DNA from: Octopus bimaculoides
Taxonomy: Eukaryota
Assembly (NCBI RefSeq): GCF_001194135.2
Contig: NC_068990.1
Coordinates: forward strand, 55,784,136 to 55,830,699
Direction: 5' to 3'
DNA: 46,564 nucleotides
The translations under genes and the position numbers were made by a program. Under the pieces are notes generated by a model. The model saw only the letters and a program-made list of their open reading frames with translations, was not told where the DNA came from and ran no database searches. This document shows positions 11,286-23,124 of this stretch, one piece after another. The stretch's first letter is position 1; every line of letters begins with the position of its first letter.

Positions 11286-13267
11286 GTGTGTGTATATATA
11301 TATATATATTCTTTTATATGTTTCAGCCCTAAGGCTGTGGCCATGTTGGGGCACTGCCAGTTCATATCTATCTATCTGTCTATCTATATCTGTATGTATA
11401 TGTTTATATATGAATATGTCTCTCTCTCCCTCCCTCTCTCTCTATATATATGTATGTATGTATGTATGTATATATATTTATATATGCATACACACACACA
11501 CATACATATTATACATATATATATATAGACACACATATGCATTCATATCCTCACAGACATAGGTATAATTTCGTTACAGACATATATGTGTATATATATA
11601 TACGTATGTATATTTGTGTATCTATGTGTGTATGTGAGTCTGTGTGTATATGTGTGACTGTGCATGTGTGTGTGTGTGTGTATGTGCATGCAGATGTGTG
11701 CATGGATGGTTCACTCGCACCCTTTTACACTCAAACTTCCCCATATTGTGCTGATAATAACAGTGTGTGCAATAATGTCACTTGTCAACACAAAGATTTG
11801 AACTAACTCCACTCTTCTCTCATTCTCTTGCTGCATTACTCCACCTATTNNNNNNNNNNNNNNNNNNNNNNNNNNNNNNNNNNNNNNNNNNNNNNNNNNN
11901 NNNNNNNNNNNNNNNNNNNNNNNNNNNNNNNNNNNNNNNNNNNNNNNNNNNNNNNNNNNNNNNNNNNNNNNNNNNNNNNNNNNNNNNNNNNNNNNNNNNN
12001 NNNNNNNNNNNNNNNNNNNNNNNNNNNNNNNNNNNNNNNNNNNNNNNNNNNNNNNNNNNNNNNNNNNNNNNNNNNNNNNNNNNNNNNNNNNNNNNNNNNN
12101 NNNNNNNNNNNNNNNNNNNNNNNNNNNNNNNNNNNNNNNNNNNNNNNNNNNNNNNNNNNNNNNNNNNNNNNNNNNNNNNNNNNNNNNNNNNNNNNNNNNN
12201 NNNNNNNNNNNNNNNNNNNNNNNNNNNNNNNNNNNNNNNNNNNNNNNNNNNNNNNNNNNNNNNNNNNNNNNNNNNNNNNNNNNNNNNNNNNNNNNNNNNN
12301 NNNNNNNNNNNNNNNNNNNNNNNNNNNNNNNNNNNNNNNNNNNNNNNNNNNNNNNNNNNNNNNNNNNNNNNNNNNNNNNNNNNNNNNNNNNNNNNNNNNN
12401 NNNNNNNNNNNNNNNNNNNNNNNNNNNNNNNNNNNNNNNNNNNNNNNNNNNNNNNNNNNNNNNNNNNNNNNNNNNNNNNNNNNNNNNNNNNNNNNNNNNN
12501 NNNNNNNNNNNNNNNNNNNNNNNNNNNNNNNNNNNNCACCACCACCACCACCACCACCACCATCACCACCAAACTACCAGCCACCATCCATCACCCTCGT
12601 TGACCATCACAGTAACCACCACCACCACCACCACCACCACCATCATCATCTTTATCATCGTGTCTGCTGACATTGGGCAGCGTCCAGTTTTTTCCCCCTG
12701 GCCTCTTTCCTTTCCATCTCTTCTCCCTCCATCCTGCCCTATCTCTGTTATTTTCTGCTGCATGATGGAAGATAGAATTATTAAAAAACAAACCAAAAAC
12801 CTTCCCTCTTATAAAAAAAAGTAAAAAAAAAAAGGACAAAAAAAAAAACCAAAACCAAAACAAAACTAAGTGAAAATAAAAGAACATAGAAAAGAGAGAC
12901 ACGAAGGAAGAAATGAGTGATTATTATATCTGTTTTGTGCATGTGTGTGTGTGTGTGTGTCTGTGTGCCCGTGAATGTATTTTGCACATATATGCATTGG
13001 TGCAATCTGTACGTTTCTGTACATGTGTCTGCATGCGTATGTGTGTGCATATGTGTATTGGCATATCTCTGAGTGTGTGCGTGTGTGCATGTGTGTGTGT
13101 GTGTGTGTGTGTGCATGCATGTCTGTGCATATGCGTGCCTGTGTGTATGGTCATTATCATCTGTTTCGGTTATGTTTGGATGGTAATGGATATTTACTGT
13201 GTTTCTCGCTCAGCTAGAACTGTAGTAATGATATACATGCATATGTGTGTGTATATATATACATACA

Positions 13268-13354
<87 letters not shown>

Positions 13355-13360
<6 letters not shown>

Positions 13361-13420
13361 GGATACATTGATATACATATACATATATACAGACATACAC
13401 ACACTGATATGTATATAAAC

Positions 13421-13451
<31 letters not shown>

Positions 13452-13608
13452 CACATTTATTTCTGTGTCTGTGTGTGTATGTAAGTGTATATATACGTGT
13501 GTGTGTGTGTGTGTATGTGCATACATGCATATATATATATATATATATATAAATGGATACATTGATATACATATACATATATACAGACATACACACACTA
13601 ATATGTAC

Positions 13609-13640
<32 letters not shown>

Positions 13641-13720
13641 ATGTATGTGTGTGTGCACGTTTATTTCTGTGTCTGTGTGTGTGTATGTAAGTGTATATAT
13701 ACGTGTGTGTGTGTGTGTAT
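13355..13720. repeat. About 194-bp tandem duplication built from microsatellite mosaics
   Basis: TAAATGGATACATTGATATACATATAC... and TTTATTTCTGTGTCTGTG...GTAAGTGTATATATACGTG each occur twice. Confidence 0.85.
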
Positions 13721-13981
13721 ACATTGACATGGCTTTATTGGCAGTGTGTGCTTAGTACATAAAACTACACCTTTTGCTGCTGCTGTGAATGCTGCTGGTC
13801 AGAACGGCTGAGAAGTTAGTTGTGGTGGTAGAGTTGATGAGGGTGGTAGTGGCGCTGGTAATGGCAGTAGTGATGCAAGGGGTCATAATAGTCGTGGCTG
13901 TATGGGTACTGGTCATGATTGATGGTTATAGTAGCCGTAGTAGAGGTGCAGTGAGGGTGCAGGACATATAGTTAGTAGTAA

Positions 13982-14014
<33 letters not shown>

Positions 14015-14934
14015 TAGTAGTTGTAGGAGGAGTAGGAAGAGTAATGGTAGTGGTTGTAGTGGTGCTATTGGTCATAATGCTCATGGCAGTTACTGGGTGC
14101 TGGTCAAGATGATTGAGTGGGTGGTGGTGGAATTTTTGTAGGAGAATACACAAAGTGGGTTTTCTAATGTCTTTGGGTATTTTTTATGTTTATTTTTATT
14201 TTTACAAGACACCATTTTTTTCCCTTCTTTATTATTTATTTTTTCCATTTTTTTAAAATATTGTTATTGTTAAGTCAAAGGAAGTAAAACAGTGTCCATA
14301 GACCCTGCTCCTATTTTTATCAACACCTCTAAAAAATGGTAAGGATAAGGAGAAAGGGAAGCTGTCCTCAAAAATGCATTTAGCCTCGTTCAGAATGCTT
14401 GCAACGAACAGAATGAGTGAGCTCTTCTAGAGGCACCCATCCAAGGATCAGGTGGTAGTGCTAACCCAGGTGAGAGATTACGTCTGCCACTCAAGAATTC
14501 TCTATGCAAAGATCTGGAACAAATGTCACATGACATCTCATTTGATGCTCTACCAATTTCGGTCATCCACTGACCAGCATTGCTTTCTTTTGTGTTAACT
14601 TCTACTGGTTTCAGTTATTGGATTGCAGCCATGCTGGTGGGGAGAGGGGGGACCACCTGGAAGGCTCTTAATAAAACAGATCATCTCCAGCACTTATTTT
14701 TTTTTGTTTTTGTCTTTTAAGTCTGGTTCTTGTTCTATCAGTGGAGACAAATGGCTTAGAGTTTAGGGTGTTGCATTTCACATCATTCCAGGTCACTCAG
14801 CTGGTAAAAATGAGGAATCCTCTGATGGACTGGTGCCAGTGGGGAGAGTAAACATGCCATAGAATCCGGAAGACTGGCCTTATGAGCCTGTAGTTCAAAA
14901 AGGACCTTTGATCCTTTTTTGACTTATTCTATCA

Positions 14935-15030
14935 GTTTCTTATGCCAAACAAATAAGTTATGGGGGTCATAAACAAACCTACACCAGCTGTTAAGTGGTG
15001 TATGTGTGTGAGACAAACCTAAGCACAACG

Positions 15031-15062
<32 letters not shown>

Positions 15063-15195
15063 ACACACAAATGACTGGCTTCACTCAGAAGTTATTGGTT
15101 GGCCTGAGGCTACAGTAGCAGATACTTGACGAAAGGACTGAACCAGAAACCATATGGTTGCAAAGCTAGCTTCTTAACCACCCAGCTATATCTGC
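14935..15195 (-). mobile_element. SINE-B copy
   Basis: Reverse complement of tail (CAAATAAGTTATGGGG), microsatellite and head (GAACCAGAAACCATATGGTTG). Confidence 0.65.
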
Positions 15196-15354
15196 ATTTG
15201 CTGCTTTATTTCATCAACACCAAAACAAAGACAGGCAAAGTCAGCCTTTGCAGGATTTGAACTTGTAGCACAGGTATTCAGAAGAAATAGCTCAAGGTAT
15301 TTTGTTCTCTGCCCTAATGATTCTGCCAAGCCACCAGCCTGAATTGGTAGAGGT

Positions 15355-15612
15355 AAAAAGGCAAAGGTTACCTTTTTGAGTCATACCGACTTATAAGGGA
15401 TGGTATCCTGGTTTCCATGGCATGTAAATTCCCCAGTTGGATGGGATGCTGGCCAATCGCAGGGTTACTCATTTTTGCCAGCTGAGTGGACTGGAGCAAT
15501 GTAAAATGAAGTGTTTTGCTCAAGAACATAATATGTCACCTGGTCCAGGAATCGAAATTGCAATCTTGTGATCATGAGTCCAACACCCTAACCACTAAAC
15601 CACATGCCTCCA
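15355..15612 (-). mobile_element. SINE-C: tRNA head + V-domain-like centre; other copies 14750-14905 (+) and 8828-9122 (-, different tail)
   Basis: Sense strand GTGGTTAGGGTGTT..CGATTCCTGGACC..CTTGAGCAAAACACTTCATTT..GAGTAACCCTGCGATTGGCCAGCATCCCATCCA, resembling the V-SINE CCCTGCGATGGACTGG motif. Confidence 0.65.
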
Positions 15613-15700
15613 TGCCTGAATTGGTATAGTTCTCAGATGCCATTGTAATAATAACTGTAATTTTCAAATTTTTTTTTTCCATCCAAGGCATGAAATTTCA

Positions 15701-15870
15701 GGTGCAGGCATGGCTGTGTGATAAGAAGTTTGCTTCACAACCACTTGGTTCCATGTTCAATCCCACAGCATGACACTTTGGGCAATGTCTTCTATTATAG
15801 CCTCAGGCTGACCAAAGCTTTGTGAGTAGATTTGATAGATAGGAACTGAAATAAACCTATAATATATATT
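15701..15870 (+). mobile_element. SINE-B head and body
   Basis: GGTGCAGGCATGGCTGTGTG..GTTCAATCCCAC..TTGGGCAA. Confidence 0.8.
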
Positions 15871-16007
15871 TATTTATCTATTTATGGGTTTCAGCCAAGT
15901 GGCTGTGGTCATGCTGGAGCACCATATATATATTTTTTCCCTCTGTCTTCCTTTTCTCTTGGACTTTCCTCTGTCTTCCTTTTCTCTTGGACTTTCCTCT
16001 GTCTCCT

Positions 16008-16042
16008 GTTTCTGAAGAAGAGCTTTGCTCAAAACATAAAAC
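16008..16042 (+). ncRNA. Decayed minimal type-I hammerhead ribozyme motif (Penelope-like context)
   Basis: GTTT-CTGAAGA-A-GAGC-TTT-GCTC-AAAAC-ATA-AAAC: stem I GTTT/AAAC, core CUGANGA, stem II GAGC/GCTC; restoring two CpG-type G>A changes gives GAAAC-GTA. Confidence 0.55.
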
Positions 16043-16226
16043 TGCCTTTCTTTCCTTCTTTAAACGTCTGCTAATACTTTGCATGTACCACATCCTCACA
16101 TTGNNNNNNNNNNNNNNNNNNNNNNNNNNNNNNNNNNNNNNNNNNNNNNNNNNNNNNNNNNNNNNNNNNNNNNNNNNNNNNNNNNNNNNNNNNNNNNNNN
16201 NNNNNNNNNNNNNNNNNNNNNNNNNN

Positions 16227-16275
<49 letters not shown>

Positions 16276-16289
16276 TATATATACATATA

Positions 16290-16530
16290 CATATATCTTT
16301 GAGTGTGTGTCTTTGTATCTGTGTTTGTCCCCACCACTGCTTGACAACTGGTGTTGGTGTGTTTACAACCCTGTAACCTAGTGGTTTGGCAAAAGTGACT
16401 GATAGAATAACTACCGGGCTTTAAAAAATAGTCACTGGGGTCGACTCGATTTATTTGGCTAAAATTCCTGAAGGTGGTGCCCCAGCAAGGTCGTAGTCTG
16501 ATGACTGAAACTAGTGAAAGACAAAAAGAG
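16290..16530 (+). mobile_element. SINE-B 3' half
   Basis: GTTTGTCCCC..CTTGACAACTGGTGTTGGTGTG..GGTGGTGCCCCAGCA..ATGACTGAAAC. Confidence 0.75.
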
Positions 16531-16789
16531 TAAAGCTGTCTTTAACCTTAACTTGTATTTACATTAATGACCTCTGAAAAATAAATGATGAAACTGGCTT
16601 TAGCAGGATTTGAACTTAGAACATAAGGGTTAGATCTAAATATTGTATAGCATTTTGCTTATCGCTCCACTGAATTGTTCAACTTGCAGTTGTGTCAGTG
16701 AAGGAGCTTATTATGTAGTAACTCAAGCTGTTAGAACTAGCAGCCAAATTCCCTTAAATCACACTCCTTGCTATACTAAATGGTAATGT

Positions 16790-17090
16790 TAGTGGTAATA
16801 GTTATGGTGGTGGTGGTGGAGATGATGGTGGTGTTGATGGTAGTGGTAGTGGTTTAAGAGATGATGATGTTGTTTGTGATGATTGTGGTTGCTTGTAATG
16901 TTTGTGGTAGTGGTAGTGCTGATAGTGTTGCTGGTGGTGGTAGTGGTGGTGGTGGTTGTGATAGTGGTGTTAATGAAAGTAGTGATAGTAATGATAATGG
17001 TGGTGATGGTGGTGGTGGTGTTGGTAGTAGTGGTGGTGTTGTTGGTGTTGCTTGTGGTGTTGGTGTTGGTGGTGTTGGTGGTGGTGTGGG
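16790..17090. repeat. Cryptic (GGT/GAT/GTT)n trinucleotide array; similar arrays at 136-310, 13820-14070, 19180-19480, 29925-30195, 34920-35075, 39070-40170
   Basis: Directly visible; source of the poly-V/T/H/L ORFs in the track. Confidence 0.9.
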
Positions 17091-17191
17091 GAGTTGGCAG
17101 CTTTAGTGTTAGAGCTTTCAGTGGCAATGTTTGAAACAAAAGACTGAGCAAATGTCTGCTTCAACCACAGCTTCAGTGGCGGCGGCGGCGG

Positions 17192-17229
<38 letters not shown>

Positions 17230-17520
17230 GTAGTAGTTTTAGATCACTTAACTCACTGCTGGCTAGCTAGCTCTTTTGAGTGATTTTTAATGGAAAGAAA
17301 ATCAGGCAGCATGTGTCGGGAGAGGTAGTTGGTGGCATGGAGAGGTGACTCGCAGGAGTTGGAATAGAGGGTGGAGTCAGGGAATTGATTTCTTACATAA
17401 GCTCAAGGCTTCAGGGAGTTTGGATGAAATGGGATGATGTGACATCTGTGCATATCTTCATCACCATCATCATCATCGTCATTGTCATTGTCATTGTCAT
17501 CATCGTTATCATTATTATTT

Positions 17521-17740
17521 AACTGATGAGCTGGCAGAATCATTAGCACATTGGGCAAAAATGCTTAGTGGTATCTCGTCCACTTTCATGTTCAGAGTTC
17601 AAATTCCGCCGAGGTTGACTTTGCCTTTCATCCTTTTGGGGGCTGATAAATTAAGTACCAGTCAAGTACTGGAGTTGATGTGACCAACTAACCCCTCCCC
17701 TAAACTTCAGGCCTTGTGCCTTTAGGAGAAAGGATCATCA

Positions 17741-17781
<41 letters not shown>

Positions 17782-17879
17782 TATATTATTATTATTATTA
17801 ATATTATTATTATTATTATTAGACAATACGAAGAGTGCAATTGCAATATATATTTTATCGGTTGAACGATATTTTGATA

Positions 17880-17920
<41 letters not shown>

Positions 17921-18177
17921 GACAGCTAACCGGCAGAATCATTTGAATGCTGGACAAAATACTTAGTAGTATTTCTGAGTTCAAATTCCTTCAAGGTTGA
18001 CTTTCCTTTTCATCCTTTTGGAGGTCAATAAAACCTGTACCAGTTGAGTACTGGCATCAATGTAATTGATTTGTCCTCTCCCTACCAAAATTTCAGACCT
18101 TGTGCCTATAGTAAAAAAAAATTATTATTGTTGTTGTTGTACTTGTTGCTAGCCCTTGTGGCCTATAAAAAGAATTA

Positions 18178-18248
<71 letters not shown>

Positions 18249-18966
18249 CATTATTATTATTAAGATGGTCAGATGGCAGAATTGTTAGCATGCTAGACAA
18301 AATGCCAAGCAGCATTTCTTCTGAGTTCAAATTCTGATGAAGGTAGCTGTGCTTTTCCTTCATATAGGGTTGATAAAATCAGTACCAGTTAAGAACTGGG
18401 GGTCAAGATAATCAATTTGCTCCTCCTTTTAAAAAACTGCTAGCTTCAAATTTTTTCCTATTTCTCGCCGAGTGTTTTCCGTACACCTAGGGCAGAGAAA
18501 CGTTGTATGCATTCCCAATTTACACACACAAATTCATAGGTAAAACATGTATTTAAGTAAAAAAAAAAAAATCATGAATGGATGTTGTTTTCACAGCGAT
18601 AATGCTCTTCTTAGTACATGAGTCGTTCCAGTTAGCACGATTTTTTGCACCTCCTGTAGAGCTGGTAAGCCTGGTATCATTTTCAAATAGATTTCAGTAC
18701 CTTTTTTTATCTATTATTATTATTATTGTTATTATTATTATTAAGGTGGCGAGCTGGCATGATTGTTAGCATGCTGGGCGAAATGCTTTGCGGCATTTCG
18801 TCTGTCTTCACGTTCTGAGTTCAAATGCCACCGGGGGTTGACTTTGCCTTTCATCCTTTCGGGGGTCAATAAATTAAGTACCAGTTATACACTGCGGTTG
18901 ATGTAATTGACTTAATCTCTACCCCTAAATTTGAGGCCTTGTGCTTTGCTTCCAGTAGAAAGAATC
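17521..18966 (+). mobile_element. Array of four same-orientation SINE-A copies separated by (ATT)n (starts about 17521, 17919, 18261, 18743)
   Basis: Each copy begins directly after an ATT/TTA-type run and ends in an ATT/ATC-type tail; 18743-18966 is closest to consensus. Confidence 0.85.
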
Positions 18967-18978
18967 ATCATCATCATT

Positions 18979-19011
<33 letters not shown>

Positions 19012-19434
19012 ATCATTATTATTATTATTGTTATTATTATTATTATTTTCTTCTTCTCCTTACAGGATGGGAAAAGGGTATAAAAGTGGAGTGAAATGGA
19101 AGAAAAGTGGCTGAAGCTATGAATTCAAACTCAGCTGAGGTGGACTTAGTCAGGCTTTCTACGATTCAATAAAAGAAAATGATGATGATGATGATGATGC
19201 TTGCTATGATGATTGCTATGACGATTATGATAGTATGACTGATGACCATGGCAATAATGATGTTGGCTGTAAAAGCAACTATGATGAAGGGGATGGTGCC
19301 AATACCACCACTACTACCACCACCACCACCACACTAGTCATGATGGTGACCATGACAGTGATGATGACAATGGTGATAATGGTGATGACGACGACATGAT
19401 GATGATGATGATGATGACCATGATGAGGATGAGG

Positions 19435-19477
<43 letters not shown>

Positions 19478-19829
19478 TGAAGATTGCATCAATAAACTCA
19501 AAGGAATTTTGCCAAGGGACAATTAGCGACAGCAGTGTAAAGGAGAGAAATCGAGAAAGGAGTGATGGAGAATGAGGAGAAATAGGGAGAGTACAGGAGG
19601 GATATTGTAAGAGAAAGAGAGTGGGGGGAAGAGGAGAACAAGAGATGAAAGGAAAAAGGGAAAGGGATTAGAGAGGAAGAAGAGAGAAGATGTGGAGAGT
19701 AGTGAGACATCATTTGAGAAAAGAAGATTTTTTGCCTCAAGATTAGAAAGTGAAAGTATTCCATGTCCGAAGAATACGGCTTTGGTAGATTGAGGAAGCA
19801 GTAGAGAGGGAGGGTGGGTGAGAGAGAAG

Positions 19830-20813
19830 GAGAAAGAGGGAGAGAGAGAGAGAGAGAGGGGGAAGAAGAGCAAAAGAGAGTAGGAGAGCTAGAGAGAGGA
19901 AGAGCAAGAGAAACAGGGAGAGCAAGGGAGAGAGAGGGAGAGCAAAATAGAGAGGGAGAGCAAGAGAGAGAGGGAGAGCAAGAGAGAGAGAGAGAGGGAG
20001 AGCAAAAGAGAGAGAGGGAGAGCAAGAGAGAGAGGGAGAGTAAGGGAGAGATAGGGAGAGCAAGAGAGAGAGGGAGAGCAAAAGAGAGAGGGAGGGCAAG
20101 AGAGAGGGAGAGCAAGATAGAGAGGGAGAGCAAGAGAGAGAAGGAGAGCAAGAGAGAGAGAGGGAGAGCAAGGGAGAGAGAGGGAGAGCAAGAGAGAGAG
20201 GGAGAGCAATAGAGAGAGGGAGAGGAAAAAAAGGAGAAAGGAGGGTTAGCAGGTAGAGGGAGAAAGGAAGAGACAGGGAGAGAGAGGGAGAAAGAGAAAG
20301 AGGGAGTGTGAGAGGGTGAGAGAGAAAGAGGGAGAGAAAGGGAGAGAGAGTGTGTGTGTGTGTGTGTGTGTGAGTGTGGTAGGGAGAGCAAGAGAGAATG
20401 AATGTGTAACAAAGAAAGAAAGAAAGAAAGAAAGAGTGCAGTGATAAACAGAGAAGTGTTAGACATAAACAGAGAGAGGGGGGAGAGAAAAAAGAGGGAG
20501 AGGGAGAGAAAGAGAAAGAAGCTATAGAGAAAGAGCTGTCAAATATAAAAATAGAGACTGTCAGACATAGAGGAAAGACTATCAGATATAAAGAGAGAAA
20601 GAGAGAGAGAGGGGGAGTGGGGGTAGACAGTGAGAGAAAGATGGAGAGAGGGGGAGCGGGGGAGACAGTGAGAGAAAGAGGGAGACAGGAGGGTAACAGG
20701 GGGAGACAGCGAGAGAAAGAGAGAGAGAAGGGGGAGCGGGGGGAGACAGTCAGGGAAAGAGGGAGAGAGGGGAGCGGGGAGAGAAAGAGAGAGAGGGGGA
20801 GCGGGGGAGACAG
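19830..20813. repeat. Polypurine minisatellites: about 16-20-bp GAGAGAGGGAGAGCAA units (19830-20220) and about 30-36-bp GGGGAGCGGGGGAGACAG units (20620-20813)
   Basis: Repeat units directly readable; the array runs into the gap at 20814. Confidence 0.9.
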
Positions 20814-21724
20814 NNNNNNNNNNNNNNNNNNNNNNNNNNNNNNNNNNNNNNNNNNNNNNNNNNNNNNNNNNNNNNNNNNNNNNNNNNNNNNNNNNNNNNN
20901 NNNNNNNNNNNNNNNNNNNNNNNNNNNNNNNNNNNNNNNNNNNNNNNNNNNNNNNNNNNNNNNNNNNNNNNNNNNNNNNNNNNNNNNNNNNNNNNNNNNN
21001 NNNNNNNNNNNNNNNNNNNNNNNNNNNNNNNNNNNNNNNNNNNNNNNNNNNNNNNNNNNNNNNNNNNNNNNNNNNNNNNNNNNNNNNNNNNNNNNNNNNN
21101 NNNNNNNNNNNNNNNNNNNNNNNNNNNNNNNNNNNNNNNNNNNNNNNNNNNNNNNNNNNNNNNNNNNNNNNNNNNNNNNNNNNNNNNNNNNNNNNNNNNN
21201 NNNNNNNNNNNNNNNNNNNNNNNNNNNNNNNNNNNNNNNNNNNNNNNNNNNNNNNNNNNNNNNNNNNNNNNNNNNNNNNNNNNNNNNNNNNNNNNNNNNN
21301 NNNNNNNGAGAGAGAGAGAGAGAGAGAGAGAGAGAGCAAAATTCTGCTGGAAGCAATAATGTGGTATTTGTGATTAAAAAAAAAAAAAGAAAAAAAAAAC
21401 AAACAACCATACAAATAAATAAATAAATAAATAAATAAAAGAGAACCGAAATAAGAATAATGATATATTGACTAAATTGGTGAGTGAATCAAAGGAATCG
21501 GATAACAAAGAACAGACATCAGACAACAACAACAAGAACAACAACCACAACCACAAGCATAGAGAATCAACCATTTCCACAGACAAAAACAACAACAACA
21601 GCTACTACACTATTACAACCACAACCAACAAAAACGACACAAGTAAAGTATTAACCAACGAGAGAATAAACAAAAAAAATATGAACAATTGCCTGTGATT
21701 GCTGCTGCGTTTTGTTGTTGCTGT

Positions 21725-21912
21725 TGTTGTTGTTGTTATTTAGCCCCAGGTCAGGCCTGATCAAGAAGGTCCAGGATCAAACGCATTCCAGCTGTGACCA
21801 ACCGGTCTTTTTACAAGATCAGCAACGACAGTCTTAATATATCGGTTATTTTAGATGGTAGACTGATGAGATTTTAGGGATGGGATGCTTAGCTGCTATT
21901 TCTAGCAAAGCC
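21725..21912. repeat. Unclassified dispersed repeat family E; copies also at 41195-41395, 45275-45490, about 5030-5090 and about 16720-16780
   Basis: (GTT)n then TTAGCCCCAGGTCAG..CTGATC; variable middle; conserved GA(G/T)TTGGCTG(C/T)TATTTCTAGCA end. Confidence 0.65.
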
Positions 21913-22033
21913 AACAAAATTATTGAGTTTTTTTTCCCCATTGGTGCAGCTGCCGGCACAGATGTGGCTGTGTGGCAAGAGGTTTGCTTCCTACCCCACC
22001 CCCCACACACAAACACAAACACACACATACATA

Positions 22034-22375
22034 GGCGCAGGAGTGGCTGTGTGGTAAGTAGCTTGCTTACCAACCACATGGTTCCAGGTTCATTCCCACT
22101 GTGTGGCACCTTGGGCAAGCGTCTTCTACTATAGCCTCGGGCCGACCAAAGCCTTGTGAGTGGATTTGGTAGACGGAAACTGAAAAGAAGCCCGTCGTAT
22201 ATGTATATATATATGTATATGTATGTGTGTGTGTGTTTGTGTCTGTGTTTGTCCCTCCAGCATCACTTGACAACCGATGCTGGTGTGTTTATGTTCCCGC
22301 AACTTAGCAGTTCAGCAAAAGAAACTGATAGAATAAGTACTAAGCTTACAAAGTCCTGGGGTCGATTTTATGTGC
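22034..22375 (+). mobile_element. SINE-B (tRNA head + CORE-like CCTTGGGCAAG segment + internal TA/TG microsatellite), best copy
   Basis: A-box TGGCTGTGTGG, B-box-like GGTTCATTCCC, ACCTTGGGCAAGCGTCTTCTACTATAGCC, conserved 3' part after the microsatellite. Confidence 0.85.
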
Positions 22376-22839
22376 ATACTCTGGTATTTCTGAATATATA
22401 TATATATATATATATAGGTATGTATTAATTTGGGTGTACAAAGAAGAGGGAAAGAACTCAATAGATGTTGTAGTAGAGTCTGTTGATTTGTTTCAAACTG
22501 AAGAGTTAATGAATTCAGCATTACTATGAGTTTTTCCATACATTAACTTCCCATTGACTTCCATGTTTTATGCTACAGAATGCCACATTATGTTAAGATT
22601 TTCAGGACTGTAATACATGTTAAAATGAAAATGTGAGGAGGAATTAACAGATGCTTTTGGCAAGAATTCATCAAATGCAAATCCAATGACATGATCTTTA
22701 CTGACAGGACAGTGCTAATAATAATAATTGTAGTAGTAGTAATAATAATAATAATAACAATGTAAGACCAAAACACAAAGTAAATAAACTGAGAGAGGGA
22801 AAAAAAATCCTTTAATTAAAATAGACTTCAAAATATTAC

Positions 22840-22898
22840 CATTAATAATGAGATGAAAGTGAAAGCATCCTTGCGATAATCTTTGAGATATTCTAAAT
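22840..22898 (-). CDS. Candidate 59-bp exon; peptide (D)LEYLKDYRKDAFTFISLLM
   Basis: Strong acceptor TTTTTTTCATTCAG, donor ATG|GTAATA; phase 1 in, phase 0 out; protein-like composition; phase-compatible with 26629-26673. Confidence 0.55.
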
Positions 22899-23047
22899 CT
22901 GAATGAAAAAAATTCTCAAAGAAGCTTTCATGGAATTGTGTTGACAAATGTAAAAATAGTTCCAAATCTATGATGACAGGAGGAGATATCTTTAGAATAC
23001 AACAAGCACATGAAACCTTTCAATAATGCCATATTCTGAAGCTCCTG

Positions 23048-23124
<77 letters not shown>

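Noticed and set aside
12660-12760. Minus-strand acceptor followed by open purine-rich frames
   Set aside because: Low-complexity purine-rich sequence is open by chance, the donor (GTCAGC) is weak, and no phase partner could be established.
19743-20466. Long Leu/Ser-rich and Glu/Arg-rich ORFs
   Set aside because: They are reading frames of the GA minisatellite.
22034-22110. tRNA-like A/B boxes here and in other SINE heads
   Set aside because: No complete cloverleaf; they continue into SINE bodies, so they are not tRNA genes.
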